Source of the DNA: Vitrella brassicaformis CCMP3155
Taxonomy: Eukaryota > Protista > Chromerida
Reading direction: 5' to 3'
Length of the DNA stretch: 64,000 bases
Assembly (NCBI GenBank): GCA_001179505.1
Contig: CDMY01000376.1
Location: 372,001 to 436,000 of the forward strand
Shown: positions 36,201 through 48,461 of the stretch, one piece after another
How the letters are laid out: each line of letters opens with the position of its first letter
How positions within the stretch are numbered: position 1 is the stretch's first letter
Notes under the pieces: generated by a model
What the model was told of the DNA's origin: nothing
What the model saw: only the letters and a program-made list of their open reading frames with translations
The model's database searches: none
Position numbers and translations under genes: made by a program

Positions 36201-39169
36201 ATGGCCGGGAAAAAACAAATGGCCGGTGGGGGGAAGGAGTCGTGGAGGCTACCTTTGCCGTGCGTTGAGACGTTCTCCAAGCTCTTTTTCACAAAGAATC
36301 CGCCAGGTAAGATCAGAAAACACATACGGGATGCCTCCCTCACTGTGCTTGCACTGGGTGGTGTGGCTGCAGCGGAGGAGCAGATTATTCTACTGCCGGA
36401 ACCTGCTCCCGCCGCCAACACGGCCCATCCCGCACCACCGCCATCATCATCAGCAGCAGCGCCAGCATCAGCAGCACCAGCAGCAGCAGCAGCAGGAGCA
36501 TCGACCTCCAGCTCATCGGTGGCCGCATGTGGCCCTGCGGTGATCCTACCAGACCGGCAGGCTGACGGTAGGGGGAGTGGGCAGCGTCAGTATGCACCCC
36601 ACGGGTTCTTCACCAATGCGTGGACGAGTCAGCCAGAGCAGCTGACGCTAGAGTTGGTAGAGACCGTTGACAACCAGCCCGTTACGCAGCCGCCGTACAC
36701 CACCTACACACATCCACACACGGAGAAGCGCCTCACATGCTGTCCATCTGTCTGTGTGCCCACCCACCCCCCCACAGAATCTATGCCATAGACAACTTCC
36801 TACGAGAGGAGGTCAGTGCAGTGCAACCTTATCCCAAACCAGCCATGGGACCCTCCAGAGAGAGCAGGTCTGCCCTTCTGCTCGTGCGGGTATGTGTGTG
36901 CAGGAGTTGGCGCACTTGGCCTTGTTTATTGAGTTGAAGGAGCAGCAGTCCGGCGGGTTTAGGAGGAGCCTCACGGAGGACGACAGGGGCGTCCCAGAGG
37001 AGATGCGCGAGCGAAGCTCGTCCAGCGTCAGGATACCCAAGGCCGCCACCCACCTCGTTAGAAACATCGAAAGGTGAGGCTGCCATCAGCCAGTGAGGGG
37101 AGGGAGGAGGGGAGGGAAACACGGCACCACCTGGCCTCTCGTGTGTGTGTGTGTGTGTGTGTGCAGACGTGCTGCTGCTTGCTTCGGCCTGCCCGCAAGC
37201 CACGTCGAGCCGCTTCAGATCGTGCGCTACCAACGGGGCGAGGTAACCTAAGAGTGTGGCCACAGTGATACACGAATTACATCGAGGCCGTCCATCCATC
37301 CATCCATCCATCCATCATTGCAGGAGTATCGTGTCCATCACGACATGGTGGAGCTGCACAAGAAGGGCCGCGGGTGGGGTGGCGTGTACCTCGACAGCCC
37401 GTCGGACGAGGAAAAGGCCAAGGGGGTCCGCGTGGGGACGATACTAGTGGTGAGGCAGGAGAGGAACCTTGTGTTGGTGGATGCATAGTATTCATGGTGT
37501 GGTGTGGTGTGTTGTGTGATGTGCTGCCTGCAGTATCTGCACAGCCTGGATAACGGCGTGGGGGGCTGTACGCATTTCCCCTTGCCCCAAGGCGGACTGG
37601 ATTTCACGCCTGTGCGGGGCCTGGCTATCATGTGGAGCAACATCAAGGACGCCGACCTCACACCAGGTGGGCGGGGCGGGGTGGGTGAGTGACGAAGGAA
37701 GCAGCAAAGACAGGCAGGCAGCACACACTCGAGTGACACGACAGACAGAGGGAGATATCATTCTCTGTCTGTCGCTTGTTCAGACCTTCGGACGGCGCAC
37801 GAGGGGAAGAAGATACTCCGCAGTGGCTGCAAGTACGGACAGACGAATGGGATGGGGGCACACAGAACAGACGCACACAATTAGACGCACCGCACCGCAC
37901 AGGCAGGCAAGTTGGTTCTCTCGACGTGCGTGTGCGTATGTGTGTGGCAGTAAGTACGCCCTCAACATTTGGGTCAGCAACGTCCCCGATACGAGCAAGC
38001 CCAACGCACTACAGAGGAAGGCCACGCAGCTCCACAACCTCCTCGGCAAAGTACCCTACCCCTCCACAGAGTGAGAGAGAGATGGAATGGCACCAATCAA
38101 ACCGACACGACACGGCAGAAAGTCGGGACACACACGTGCACGTGATGATCATGATCGCTTCCCTCCCTCCCTCAGGCCTCTGCATCTTGCGAAGGCCCAC
38201 ACTCTGCCCCCCCTGCGCAGAGACGCGAAGGGCACGCCACTGGAGGACCCCTGTCCTGGCAACGAGCCCATATGTGTGCTGTGCGGTCGGGGCGACGAGT
38301 GGGACGTCAACCAGCCCGGCATCCTCCTCGCCAACACGGATGCATCGGATGGGGCGGCGAGGGCTGTCGAGCCATCGAGGGCGCGAGAGCCGCACGAGAA
38401 CAGGCTGATCATCTGCTGTAGCGCCATGTGTCGGCGGGCCGTGCACGACTTTCCGTGTCTGGCCAACTATCGGAAGCGGATTGCGGCCTCGGCCAGCAGT
38501 AGCAGCGCCAGTCGATCGCACACCGCCCAGGGTAGGAACAAAAGGCAGACAGCGGCACAAGACGAAGCATTCGGTCCCTCCCTCTGATCTGTCTGTCTGT
38601 CTGTTTCTGGGTTGGGTTTGTTTGTTTCTGCAGCCCCATGGCTCTGTTTCGAGTGTGAGGACGACGCGGATCGTCGTGTGCCCAGTGACGACCACGGCGA
38701 TGCCCCCGGGCAGCAGCCGCGGCAACGGCGGATGAAGAGGACCCGGGACTCGCCCAGCGATGAGCCGGCGCGAAACCTCACCCGGCGTCAGCAGAGACTC
38801 GCCGAAAGGCCGAGGATGGAGGAGCTGGGACCCATCATGCCGCCGTCGCCCCTACGTGCGCCAACGCAGGCCGGCACCCCTCCAGTAACCCCAGAGCACA
38901 GCCCTCGGCAAGGTGGAGAGCCACCGGCAGCAGCAGCAGCAGCAGCTGGTAGTGGGGGGGGTGGGGATAGGTGGCGACTGGTGCCCAAGAAACCGACGAG
39001 GGCAGACCTGCGTCGGTTGTTCCCGTCTGTGTTTGAGCCAGGGGTGGACGTGGGCACCCAGGCTGACCTGGGCAGCGATGGCGACTTCCGCAGCTGCCGT
39101 GAGGACCAGTCAGTCGCCGACGAGGGTCAGCATATTGAGACCGACCTGACGGAGATGAAGGACGCGTAG
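36201..39169 (+). CDS. Prolyl-4-hydroxylase-type Fe(II)/2-oxoglutarate dioxygenase fused to a C-terminal PHD finger
   Basis: P4H core: IYAIDNFL..EE, EPLQIVRYQRGE|EYRVHHD, RVGTILV|YL...GGCTHFP, P.RGLAIMW.N, D.RTAHEG, KYALNIW. In-phase splice (ga|g, 38069 to 38176 region) into CVLC...CCSAMC...HDFPC|...PWLCFEC. No signal peptide. Confidence 0.8.
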
Positions 39170-39881
39170 ATCCATGGCATGTATATAGGACACGGCAACT
39201 ACATATTCGTGTAGCTTCGTGTCCGGGCAAGTCTTGTGGGTGCTGCCTGCAATGGTGGTCACCCCGTGTGTGTGCGTGCGCTTTGGACAGTCAGTATATG
39301 ATGGGATGTACATTAATTAGAGGCTGAGAGACTCATGTCATGTGAGCGCTGGTTGACTGGTTGATGCATCTATCCATCCATCCATTCATTCATTCATCCA
39401 AGACCCTGCCTACGTCTTGTCCGTTCGTGTGTTGTTGTGTACATATTCATTTGACCTCCTTTCGTTTCCTTTCATTTCCACACGCTACGCTGCTTGATTG
39501 ACATCTCCAATCGTCAGTCACGAGGAGGGACCACAAAAACACACAAGGTCGGTCGCATAGATAGACATATGCATTGCATTCGGGCACACACGGCACACAC
39601 AGCACAGCTGATTGATCTGATGGATGGATGAACCATCCATCCATCCATCCACATCACATACTCGACAGTCCGCATAGCCTGCTCTCCTCGCTGTACAAAA
39701 CTTGGCACACCTCGGCAGCCCGAGGTGTGTCAGGTGGGCACTCTAGTTGGGTGGCACCCAACGCCCAAACCCTCGCCCGAATCAACAGAGGCCCTCACTC
39801 CCTCCTTGCCGGCTGCTGCTGCATTCGCAGAGTGGTTGGCTGTGCGCTTCGCGCAGGCTGATCGCAGTCAGTGGCGTCCTC

Positions 39882-40122
39882 TCATGAGTCGGACTTCTGT
39901 TTGTTGACGTTGAGCACCGCCATGAACGCTTCCTGGGGCACCTCAACAGACCCAATGTTCTTCATACGCTTCTTGCCCTGCATCACATCACATCACACAC
40001 ACACACACAGACACGAGCAAGGCAAGGCGGACAGCGCGTGTGGTGTGGCCAGAAGTGCGTTTGATGCGTGCTGGTCTTGGTGTACCCACCTTCGCTTGTT
40101 TCTGTAGGAGTTTTTTCTTTCT

Positions 40123-40155
<33 letters not shown>

Positions 40156-43100
40156 ATCCTTCCTGATGGCGGGGATGTGACTCGACGCCACTGGCTTGCT
40201 GCCTGCAGGCATGACACACATGACACACACAGGGGCGACTGATGGATGGTTCGTGCTTTGCTTTATGTGTTTCGTGTGTGTGGTTAGGTTACCCCACACC
40301 ACAGCCGCTTAGCTTACCGATGCAGGCCTGTATGGGGACCTTGAACTGCTGCCGGGGGATGAGCTCCTTCAGGGCCTCGGTCAGCTTCTTGCCGTGGGGG
40401 TGGGCGTTGTCCTTGTGCACCACACACGCCAGCGGCGGCGCGTCCTCGCCGTTGATGCGCACCGCCAGCTTGACAAGGGGGTTCACCCGGTAGCCCGTCA
40501 CACTGTATTCCATAGACGCATACCTGACACACACAGACGCCCGACACTATGATATGGATGGATGGCGGGCGCCCCCCACCGCACCCTTTGGTTCGTGATT
40601 TGAGCATGTCGAAGAAGTCGGTGATGACTTCAGCGAGGGGGAGGTCGTAGACTATGGTGGTGCGGGTGGGCGACAGGTACTTCTGCTCCACCAGCTCGCC
40701 GCGCCGCGACTGGCACAGATCCATCACACCACCGACAAACCTGACGTACACACGGGACAGACAGACAGACAGACATCCGCACACACTACCATGCCGCCAT
40801 CTTCGTCCGTTGTCCGTACTCGCTCGGCACAAGGATTTCCATCCTGCAGTACGGCTCAAGCGTCTCGGCGATGTCCTGCGTCTCCTCCGGCCACTTGGCA
40901 GGGTTGTCCACCATCAGCTCGCGGCCGTCCTTCATCTTGACCATGAAGTTGACCGAAGGCGCCGTCACCACCAGGTCGAGCCCGTACTCCCTCTCCAGCC
41001 TCTCTTGCACGATGTCCATGTGCAGCAAGCCGAGAAAGCCGCACCGAAAGCCAAAACCCATGGCAATGGAGTTCTCGGGCTCGAACTGGAGGGCCGCGTC
41101 GTTGAGCTTGAGCTTGCTGAGGGCGTCCTTGAGGTCGTTGTACTGGTCAGTCGATGTGGGAAAAAGTCCGCAGTAGACCATGGGGTTGGCCTCCGAGTAG
41201 CCGGGCAGCCGCTCGACCTGGTCCTTCTTGAAGGCAGAGGTGAGCGTGATGGTGTCGCCGACTCGTGCGTCCTCGACGGACTTGATGGAGGCTGACAGCC
41301 AGCCAACCTCCCCGGCGCGCAGGACGTCCACCTCCCTCTGTGAGGGCGACATGACGCCCACCTGGTAGACCTCGAAGTCCTTGCCCGTCGCCATGAACGT
41401 GATGCGGTCGCCCTTGCGAACCTCACCGTCAACCACCTACACACACATACCGGTTCACATCATTTCCGTCGACGCGATGCAATGCATCCCTGTCTGTCTG
41501 CCTGCCTGTCTGCCTGCCTGTCTGTCTGTCTGTCTGTGTGGCTTAGTTACCCTGAAGAAGACGACAACCCCTCGGTATGTGTCGTAGTAGGAGTCGAATA
41601 TGAGGGCTTTGAGCGGTCCGCCCGTGGGAGGTGTGGGCGGGGGCACCTTGTGCACGACTGCCTCGAGGATCTCCTCGATGCCGATGCCCTTCTTGGCGGA
41701 CGCCTGGATCGCGTCAGAGCAATCCAAACCTGCACAATGATATCATAGGCATGCATTGGCAGCAAACAAACTCTCCGTCATATATTTCAGGCTTCTTGTA
41801 CTGTGCAGTGCAGTGCTGCTCGCTCACCGATGGTTGTCTCGATCTCGTCGAGGACGCGATCCGGGTCAGCAGCCTGACGCGACACATCACATCAACAACC
41901 AAGACACCATCCATCCATCCATCCACTCCCCTCGCCCGCAAGGCCTCTCCTCTCTGTCGAATGCTCTTCCTTACCGGCATGTCGATTTTATTGAGCACAG
42001 GTATGACCTCCAAATCGTTGTCGATAGCCAGGTACACGTTGGCCAGTGTCTGCGCCTGCACACCCTGGCTGGCGTCAACCACCAGCAGGGCCCCCTCGCA
42101 GGCCGCCAGGGACCGTGACACCTCGTACGAGAAGTCGACATGGCCTGCGGGCAGCCGCGAAACACAGAGAGAGGTCATACAGACGGTGTCTGTCTTGGAG
42201 TGAGCGTCTCCTCTTCGCGGCCTCTTTGTAAGGCAGACATACACACCATACCTGGCGTGTCGATGAGGTTGAGGATGTAGGTCTTGCCATCCTTGGCGGC
42301 GTAACGCATCCGTGCTGCCTGATGACGGAAGACCACACACACACACACACACATGCACACACACATGTGAGGGTGAGAAGGAGGGCTGGCGATGGGGAGG
42401 GTGGGGGGGGTGGGGGGGCGACCTGCAGTTTGATGGTTATTCCCCTTTCCCTCTCCAGGTCCATGCTGTCGAGAAACTGAGCCTGCATGTCCCGAGACTC
42501 AACTGACACACACACACACACACACATACGAGGCAGCATCACATCCACACCACCCACCCCCCGGCCGTCGAACGGACCTGCTTTGGTCATTTCGAGCATT
42601 CTGTCAGCCAGTGTGGATTTGCCGTGGTCGATGTGGGCGATGATGCAGAAGTTGCGGATCAGAGAGGGGTCGTAGTCAGACCTGGGGGAGGGCATTTGCC
42701 TGCCCGCGGGGGACGACACACGGGGTGGTGCACTCTGCACTGCAGGGGTGTGTGCATCTGCTGCTTTGGGGGGCGGTGCTGCTGGGGGGTCTGCTGTCAC
42801 AGACGGGGCCGGCCGCTCTGCGAACAGCACCAGAGGGAGGGACAACAAGCACAATAATCCGTCGGTGAAGGAGATAGCATTCGTTGTGTTGTGCGCCCAC
42901 CTTGTGTGGCGGATGACATATGCGCTGCAGGTCGCCGCCTCTGGTGCCGCATAGCAGCCGGTGCAGCTCGCCTCGGCCACCTCATCACGCCAGGCCGCAC
43001 GAAGGCTTCGCTGCCACTCGCGAGTGTCGAAAGAATGGATCCACCTGCAGACATACAGCAGAGGCATAAAACATTCATTCGCAGCCAACACAAAGGAAGG

Positions 43101-43518
43101 CCAATGACATCAATGACGAGCAATCAGGCGTGTGTGCACTGTACTGCCGAGATGACTCACTTGGTAGATGCGCTGCATCAGAACAGAGCCAGTGAAAGAA
43201 GCAGCCGATTGACAGAGTGGTCCACAGGGAGTGCCATCTTCGAAATGGCCTCCAGCAGGTCCTGTTGCCTCGGTGTGAAGCAGCCTCCCGCCTCAGATCT
43301 GAGCGTGTTGATGCGCTGCTCGCCGGATCTGGCGCACAAGAGGCAGATTCGGCAATGCAGGGCTCCATTCTTTGCATCCTTTTCGCAACCTTAGGGGAGC
43401 CAGTCTTTTTGCGAGCCCGAGTCTGAGCTTGCGTGAGGCGAAAGTGAGCTCTCCTGTAAGGTAAGCGGTGTGTAGCAGAGGGTCCGAAGCAGCAGTGTAT
43501 TGGCAGCATTTCTCTCAT
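39882..43518 (-). CDS. lepA: Translation factor LepA/EF-4 (GUF1), plastid type with bipartite leader
   Basis: [36 protein letters not shown]|[77 protein letters not shown]. The start may be ATG 43377 rather than 43518. Confidence 0.97.
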
Positions 43519-43527
43519 TGTGTGTGA

Positions 43528-44808
43528 ATGCAGGCTCCTGACACAATGATCTCGATGGAGGCCCCCTCAGGCTCTTATCGTCTGATCCACAGCCCCTCTG
43601 GCCGTGTCGGCTCTCCCAGTGGCGTGCCGTTTAGCCTGCTGCCGGGATCTGTGATTCAACTCATCCCTCAGTTCCTGACTCTCAGCTCAGCAGTGCTTCG
43701 CTTCCGTCGCGTCGACAAGCACACCCTCTCTCAGCTGAGCCTCGCTGTCGTCATCCCCCTCCTGACGCGCCTGCTTGCCCTCCTGGTGCCGTCTTTGCCT
43801 TTTGGGGCGCATGTCATGGTAACCTTTCCTCAGCTGCCCCTTCGACTGGAGTCCGTGGGCGATGGAGATGGGATGAGCTGCCATCTATCGGTGCTGTTTG
43901 AGCAGCTGACCCGACGGCTATTCTTTCTTGAGAGGGGCGGCGACTGGGGGAGATGGAAGCCGCACGTGGAGATGCTCTCGGTGATGGTGGTAGGGCAGCC
44001 CATCGCCCTGGACGAGGTCAACTTCAGCGGATTCGGCCAGTGTGCTGACTATCTCGGCAAAAATGAGGCAGTGCGGCAATGGCTGATCCTGAGTCGTCTA
44101 ATCGCTTTCCTGTCAATCTCCCACCCTCAGCTCCCCACCATGCTGATGGACGGCAATCGTATCCGCCCAGTCCCCCTCCGCCACACCCTCTCGCTGCCGG
44201 ACATGCTGCCAGCAGATCCTCTGTTCGGCAGAGGCCAGTATGATGCGGCCAATCCCCCCACAGTGCTGGACGACGACCGGTCCATCACCTACCGGAGCTA
44301 CTCGTGCATGGTGGCCTTTGTGCTGTTCAAGTATCTGTGGGCGGCGGGTGTCCTCCGCTGTGCCAAGTCCTGGCTGTCGACCCGCCTGATGTCCCTCTCG
44401 TCACGGCGCGCAAGGCACCTCATGGCTGCGAGTGGGGTGGGGCAGCTGCGGCACTGTGCTGCTGTTTGCGACCGCAAGGGCGAGTACGGCTCTCACGAGC
44501 GGCTGATCGTCCTGGGCGGCGAGCAGCTGGGCGCGACGGGACAGCTGGCCTTCCTGACAATGAGGGACACGGGGGTGAGCTACCTGATCAGTGTCCTGAC
44601 GACGGAGTCGCCGCCTTTCGACCGCACACGGGTGGCGGTGATGCGGGTGGTGGGCGAGCACTTCACGCTGGCATGCAAGCTGTGGCTGGAGGAGAAAGAG
44701 GAGGAACCTGCGATGAAGCTGCCGAGCTCTGCGGGCATTGCTTGGATGGTATTTGGGGGCCTGAGGGTACACAGACACAGGACTGGGAATCGACGATGGG
44801 GCGTGTAG
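43528..44808 (+). CDS. Intronless 426-aa hypothetical protein resembling a Vitrella-specific expanded family
   Basis: Single long ORF with no microsatellite introns. Motifs EQLTRRLFFLERGGDWGRWKP..EML, EAVRQW.ILS, ANPP, RLIVLGG and TTESP match my recollection of a large Vitrella-only family (not verified by search). Confidence 0.65.
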   Translation: MQAPDTMISMEAPSGSYRLIHSPSGRVGSPSGVPFSLLPGSVIQLIPQFLTLSSAVLRFRRVDKHTLSQLSLAVVIPLLTRLLALLVPSLPFGAHVMVTFPQLPLRLESVGDGDGMSCHLSVLFEQLTRRLFFLERGGDWGRWKPHVEMLSVMVVGQPIALDEVNFSGFGQCADYLGKNEAVRQWLILSRLIAFLSISHPQLPTMLMDGNRIRPVPLRHTLSLPDMLPADPLFGRGQYDAANPPTVLDDDRSITYRSYSCMVAFVLFKYLWAAGVLRCAKSWLSTRLMSLSSRRARHLMAASGVGQLRHCAAVCDRKGEYGSHERLIVLGGEQLGATGQLAFLTMRDTGVSYLISVLTTESPPFDRTRVAVMRVVGEHFTLACKLWLEEKEEEPAMKLPSSAGIAWMVFGGLRVHRHRTGNRRWGV

Positions 44809-45216
44809 AATAGAAGGGAAGGAAGACTTAGTGGTGGTGGTGGTGCTGCTGCTGCTCGTGGTCGTGGTTGACTGTCTCATGGCGTGGCTCGGCTCCCTTT
44901 TGTCTCCCGTTTTGTGGTCATTTTGCCGATGTGCAAATGCGTGTGAGTGGGAAGGATGCAATTAATCGACATTTGTTGATCAGTCAAAAGTTGGAGTGAT
45001 TCTTGATTGTTCCGCCCTCTCGCTCTCCTTTTCCTTACCCCCTGTGTGCATGCTTCGTGCGTGTGCATGCTGCCTGTTTGGTGTGTGCAACGAAAGGTGG
45101 GCGCCGGGCTTAGGGACAGGCGTCTCGTCAAACCCATAACCGCGCCCCGCGAGCTTCGTCGGAGAGTGCAAGGAGGCAGCAGAGTGTAGGCGAGCACACA
45201 GTGATTCTCTCTTGCG

Positions 45217-45495
45217 ATGGATCTGCGGCCACCGATAGATGAGAAACAAAGAAGACGATGCTCATCGGTGCTGCCGCTGATCTGCATATCTATCAGTCAG
45301 CTTCTCCCTCTCTCCACCTGCAGCACCGACTCGATGGCAGTTCATGAGCAGCAGTCGGCGTCACGGCCACGGCCACGGCGGCATCAGCCGCCTGCATTCT
45401 TCAACCTGCTGCAGCCTTCTGCAAGGCCCGGGGTGAGTGAGCCCTTGAGAGAGACTCATAGATCTCGTTGACTTTGGATGCATTCGTGTCTGTGT

Positions 45496-45531
<36 letters not shown>

Positions 45532-47993
45532 ATAAAGAGGAGCCTGCAGACCTACTCAGTGGAGGACTCGCGGAAGAACAGATATAGGTTCCAGGTGCAC
45601 ACCAAGATAGCCGACATCAAGAAGGGTAAGGGAGGGAGGACATAAAAGGAGGCAGGCCATGCGGGCTGGGCTGGGCCGGCGGGGCGCCAGGGCCTGCCTC
45701 ACTGCTGGCGTGTGCTGTGTGTGACTGTCGTGACAATATGTATGTACAGAGGTATGGGACAGGTGTGTGTCCGAGACGGACAGCCCGTTCGTCGAGTATG
45801 ACTGGCTCTACTCACTGGAAGAGTCCAACTGTGCATGCGAAGGCACAGGTAAGCCGTCAAGTCAGATAAGGGCAGGAAGGAGAAGGGCAGGGCAGACAAG
45901 GCGGGCGATGCTGCCTGCTCGCGTGTCTATCTCTCTGTCAGGTTGGGCGCCGTTTCACCTGACTGTCCACGAGGAGGAGGCACCCGATGATGACATCCTC
46001 GCCGTCGTGCCCCTTTACATCAAAACGGTCAGTGAGTGAGAGGGGACAGCCCTTCGGCCAGCTGTGGCGTTTCTGTTGTGTGTGTGTGTGTGTGGCAATG
46101 CAATGCAGCACTCGAACGGTGAGTACATCTTCGACCATTCATGGGCGGACTTCAGCTACTCCAACGGAATCCCCTACTTCCCCAAGCTGCTCTGTGCCGT
46201 CCCATTCACCCCGGCAGGCGGGGCGCGCATACTCATAAGGCCCTCATACACGGACGAGAGAAACTTCCTCAGGTTTTTAACTAAGACACACACGAGGAAT
46301 GACTGAATGCATCAATCAATTGTCGTGTTGTTTGTGTCATCTCATCCATTATCTTAATGAATGAATGGTCAGGAGGATCATAGCGTCGTTCATGCGCAAG
46401 TTGGCAGAGGACTCCAACATATCCTCTGTGCACGTCAACTTCTGCACTCAAGAAGAGGTCGGCGGAGCGGAAGGACACACACAACCAACTATCGACCCAT
46501 CCATCCATCCATCTGTGTGTCGTGCATGGCCGGCCATGTGTGTGGGCGTGGCGTGCGTCATTCCATGTGATGCCATGTGATGTGTGTGGTGTATAGGGTG
46601 AGTCTCTGGAGGCGGTGGGTTACATGCCTCGCAAGAGCACGCAGTTCCACTGGCGGAACTACAACAAGGACACCGGCCAGAGATACACCAGCTTCGACGA
46701 ATACCTCAGCATGTTCAAGGTGAGTTGGGTGCGGTGTGGTGCACCACACACACACACACAGAGAGAGAGCGCGATGCCACAATCCACCCATCCATCCATC
46801 CACCCACACTGGTGGGGTGGGTGTGCGTGTGGTGCCACCAGGGCAAGAGGCGGGGAGCCATCAAGCGTGAGAGGCGAGCCGTCTACGAAAAAGAGGGGTG
46901 CGAGCTGGTCGTACTCAGAGGTAGGTACACAGAGGTCCAGTCCAGTCCACCTCACACACACACACACGCCACCAACCGCCATGCCATGCCATGCGTGTGC
47001 TGTGCGTGCCTCTGTGCCCTTTGCAGGTGACGACATAACCCCGGCTTTGTACAGGACGGCCTTCGAGCTCTACAAGACCACCATCGATAAGCTCATCTGG
47101 GGCAGGCAGTACCTCTCAGTGCGATTCTTTGAGCTGCTTCAAGAGACGGGGTGGGGGAGGCGGAACCTGTGTCTGATCCTGGCCAAGAAGGACGGCCGCA
47201 TCGTCGCCGGCACCATCAATGTCGTGAAGGCAGGGCACTTCTACGGGCGGTACTGGGGGGCCTTTGAGGTGAGGGAGGGGGCAGATGGGATGGATGAGCG
47301 GGGGCTGGATCAGCCTGACACACACAAGTATGGATGTGTGTGTGTGTGTGTGTGTGTGGCCTCTGTGTGAGTAGTTTGTGAAGAATCTTCACTTCGAGAC
47401 GTGTTATTACAAGTCTGTCGAGTACTGCATACAAGAAGGTCGGTTGGTTGGTCGGTCAGCAAGCCCGCCCGCCATGCACGCACATCCCATACCATCATCC
47501 ATCCCTCCATCCCTCCCTGCGCCTGTGTCTGTGTGGTGTGAACTTGATATACCTTACAGGTATTGATGCGATGCAGCCAGGCGCTGGAGGGGGCGACTTC
47601 AAATTCATGAGGGGCTACGACCCCGCCATCTGCCACTCATCGCACTTCATCGTCAGACCTGAACTAAGACGAGGTCAGTATGCAAGCCACAACACACCAT
47701 CAACACGCACAAGAGCACAGAGACACTCACTCTGTGCTGTCGACTCGACTCGACTCGACTGGACTCGACTTGACTGTACAGCGATACGTGCGTTCCTTGA
47801 GATGGAGCGTGACAGGGTGCAGATGGTGGCAGACGAGCTCAACGAGAAGACCAAGGTGAGGGGGGCCGACCGGTCACAGACCGCCGCACAGGCGGCCGTC
47901 ACAGACGACCAGGAGGAAGAGCGAGACGGCTATGAGAAAAAGGGCAGCGAGGCGGGCAGGGAGGGGAGGGAGGGGAGGAGAGAAGAGACATAG
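45217..47993 (+). CDS. FemAB-like / DUF482 (COG3146) GNAT-fold protein with probable plastid leader
   Basis: SPFVEYDWLYSLEES.C, GW.P.HL, PLYIKT|HSNGEYIFDHSWA, YFPKLLCAVPFTPAGG.RIL, SSVHVNF, QFHWRN, FDEYL, YGRYWG, LHFETCYY, AM.PGAGG..K..RGY.P. Confidence 0.88.
45499..45528 (+). repeat. (TG)15 microsatellite abutting a 3' splice site
   Basis: The TG run ends directly at the CAG acceptor (45529-45531). It is representative of many introns here. Confidence 0.9.
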
Positions 47994-48461
47994 GAGAGAA
48001 AGGACATGACGTGAGGTGACGTGTTGATGTGGGTGGGGTGCCGAAGCAATGGTATGATGTGGTGTGGTGTAGAATAGGCACGTTGGTCACTCACTGGTCA
48101 CGCTGGTGAGTGCAGTGCGTGTATGTGGTGTGGTGTGCTGCCATTTAGTGGGGTGGGTGGGTTGATCAGATCAATGCATGAATGCTCTTATTGCTACTGG
48201 TATGTATGTATGGTGCGTCTTGTGTTGTGAGACAGACAGACTGGTTTTGACTTTTGGTTCCCTCCCTCGACAAATGAATCAGTCAAGTCCCATATGAATG
48301 CAATGCAATGCAATGCATGGATGTCACTCACTCCCCACTCCACTAACACCGACCGCACAAAACAACCACATACATACCCAACGACACACGCCATGCCGTA
48401 TGTATCGACACACACTCACGAAGACCCCACCTCAACTCAACGCGCACGTCAACCAAGTCAG

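Noticed and set aside
43528-44808. Intronless ORF as a transposase or retroelement protein
   Set aside because: No DDE, RT, integrase, HUH or tyrosine-recombinase motifs, and no terminal repeats seen.
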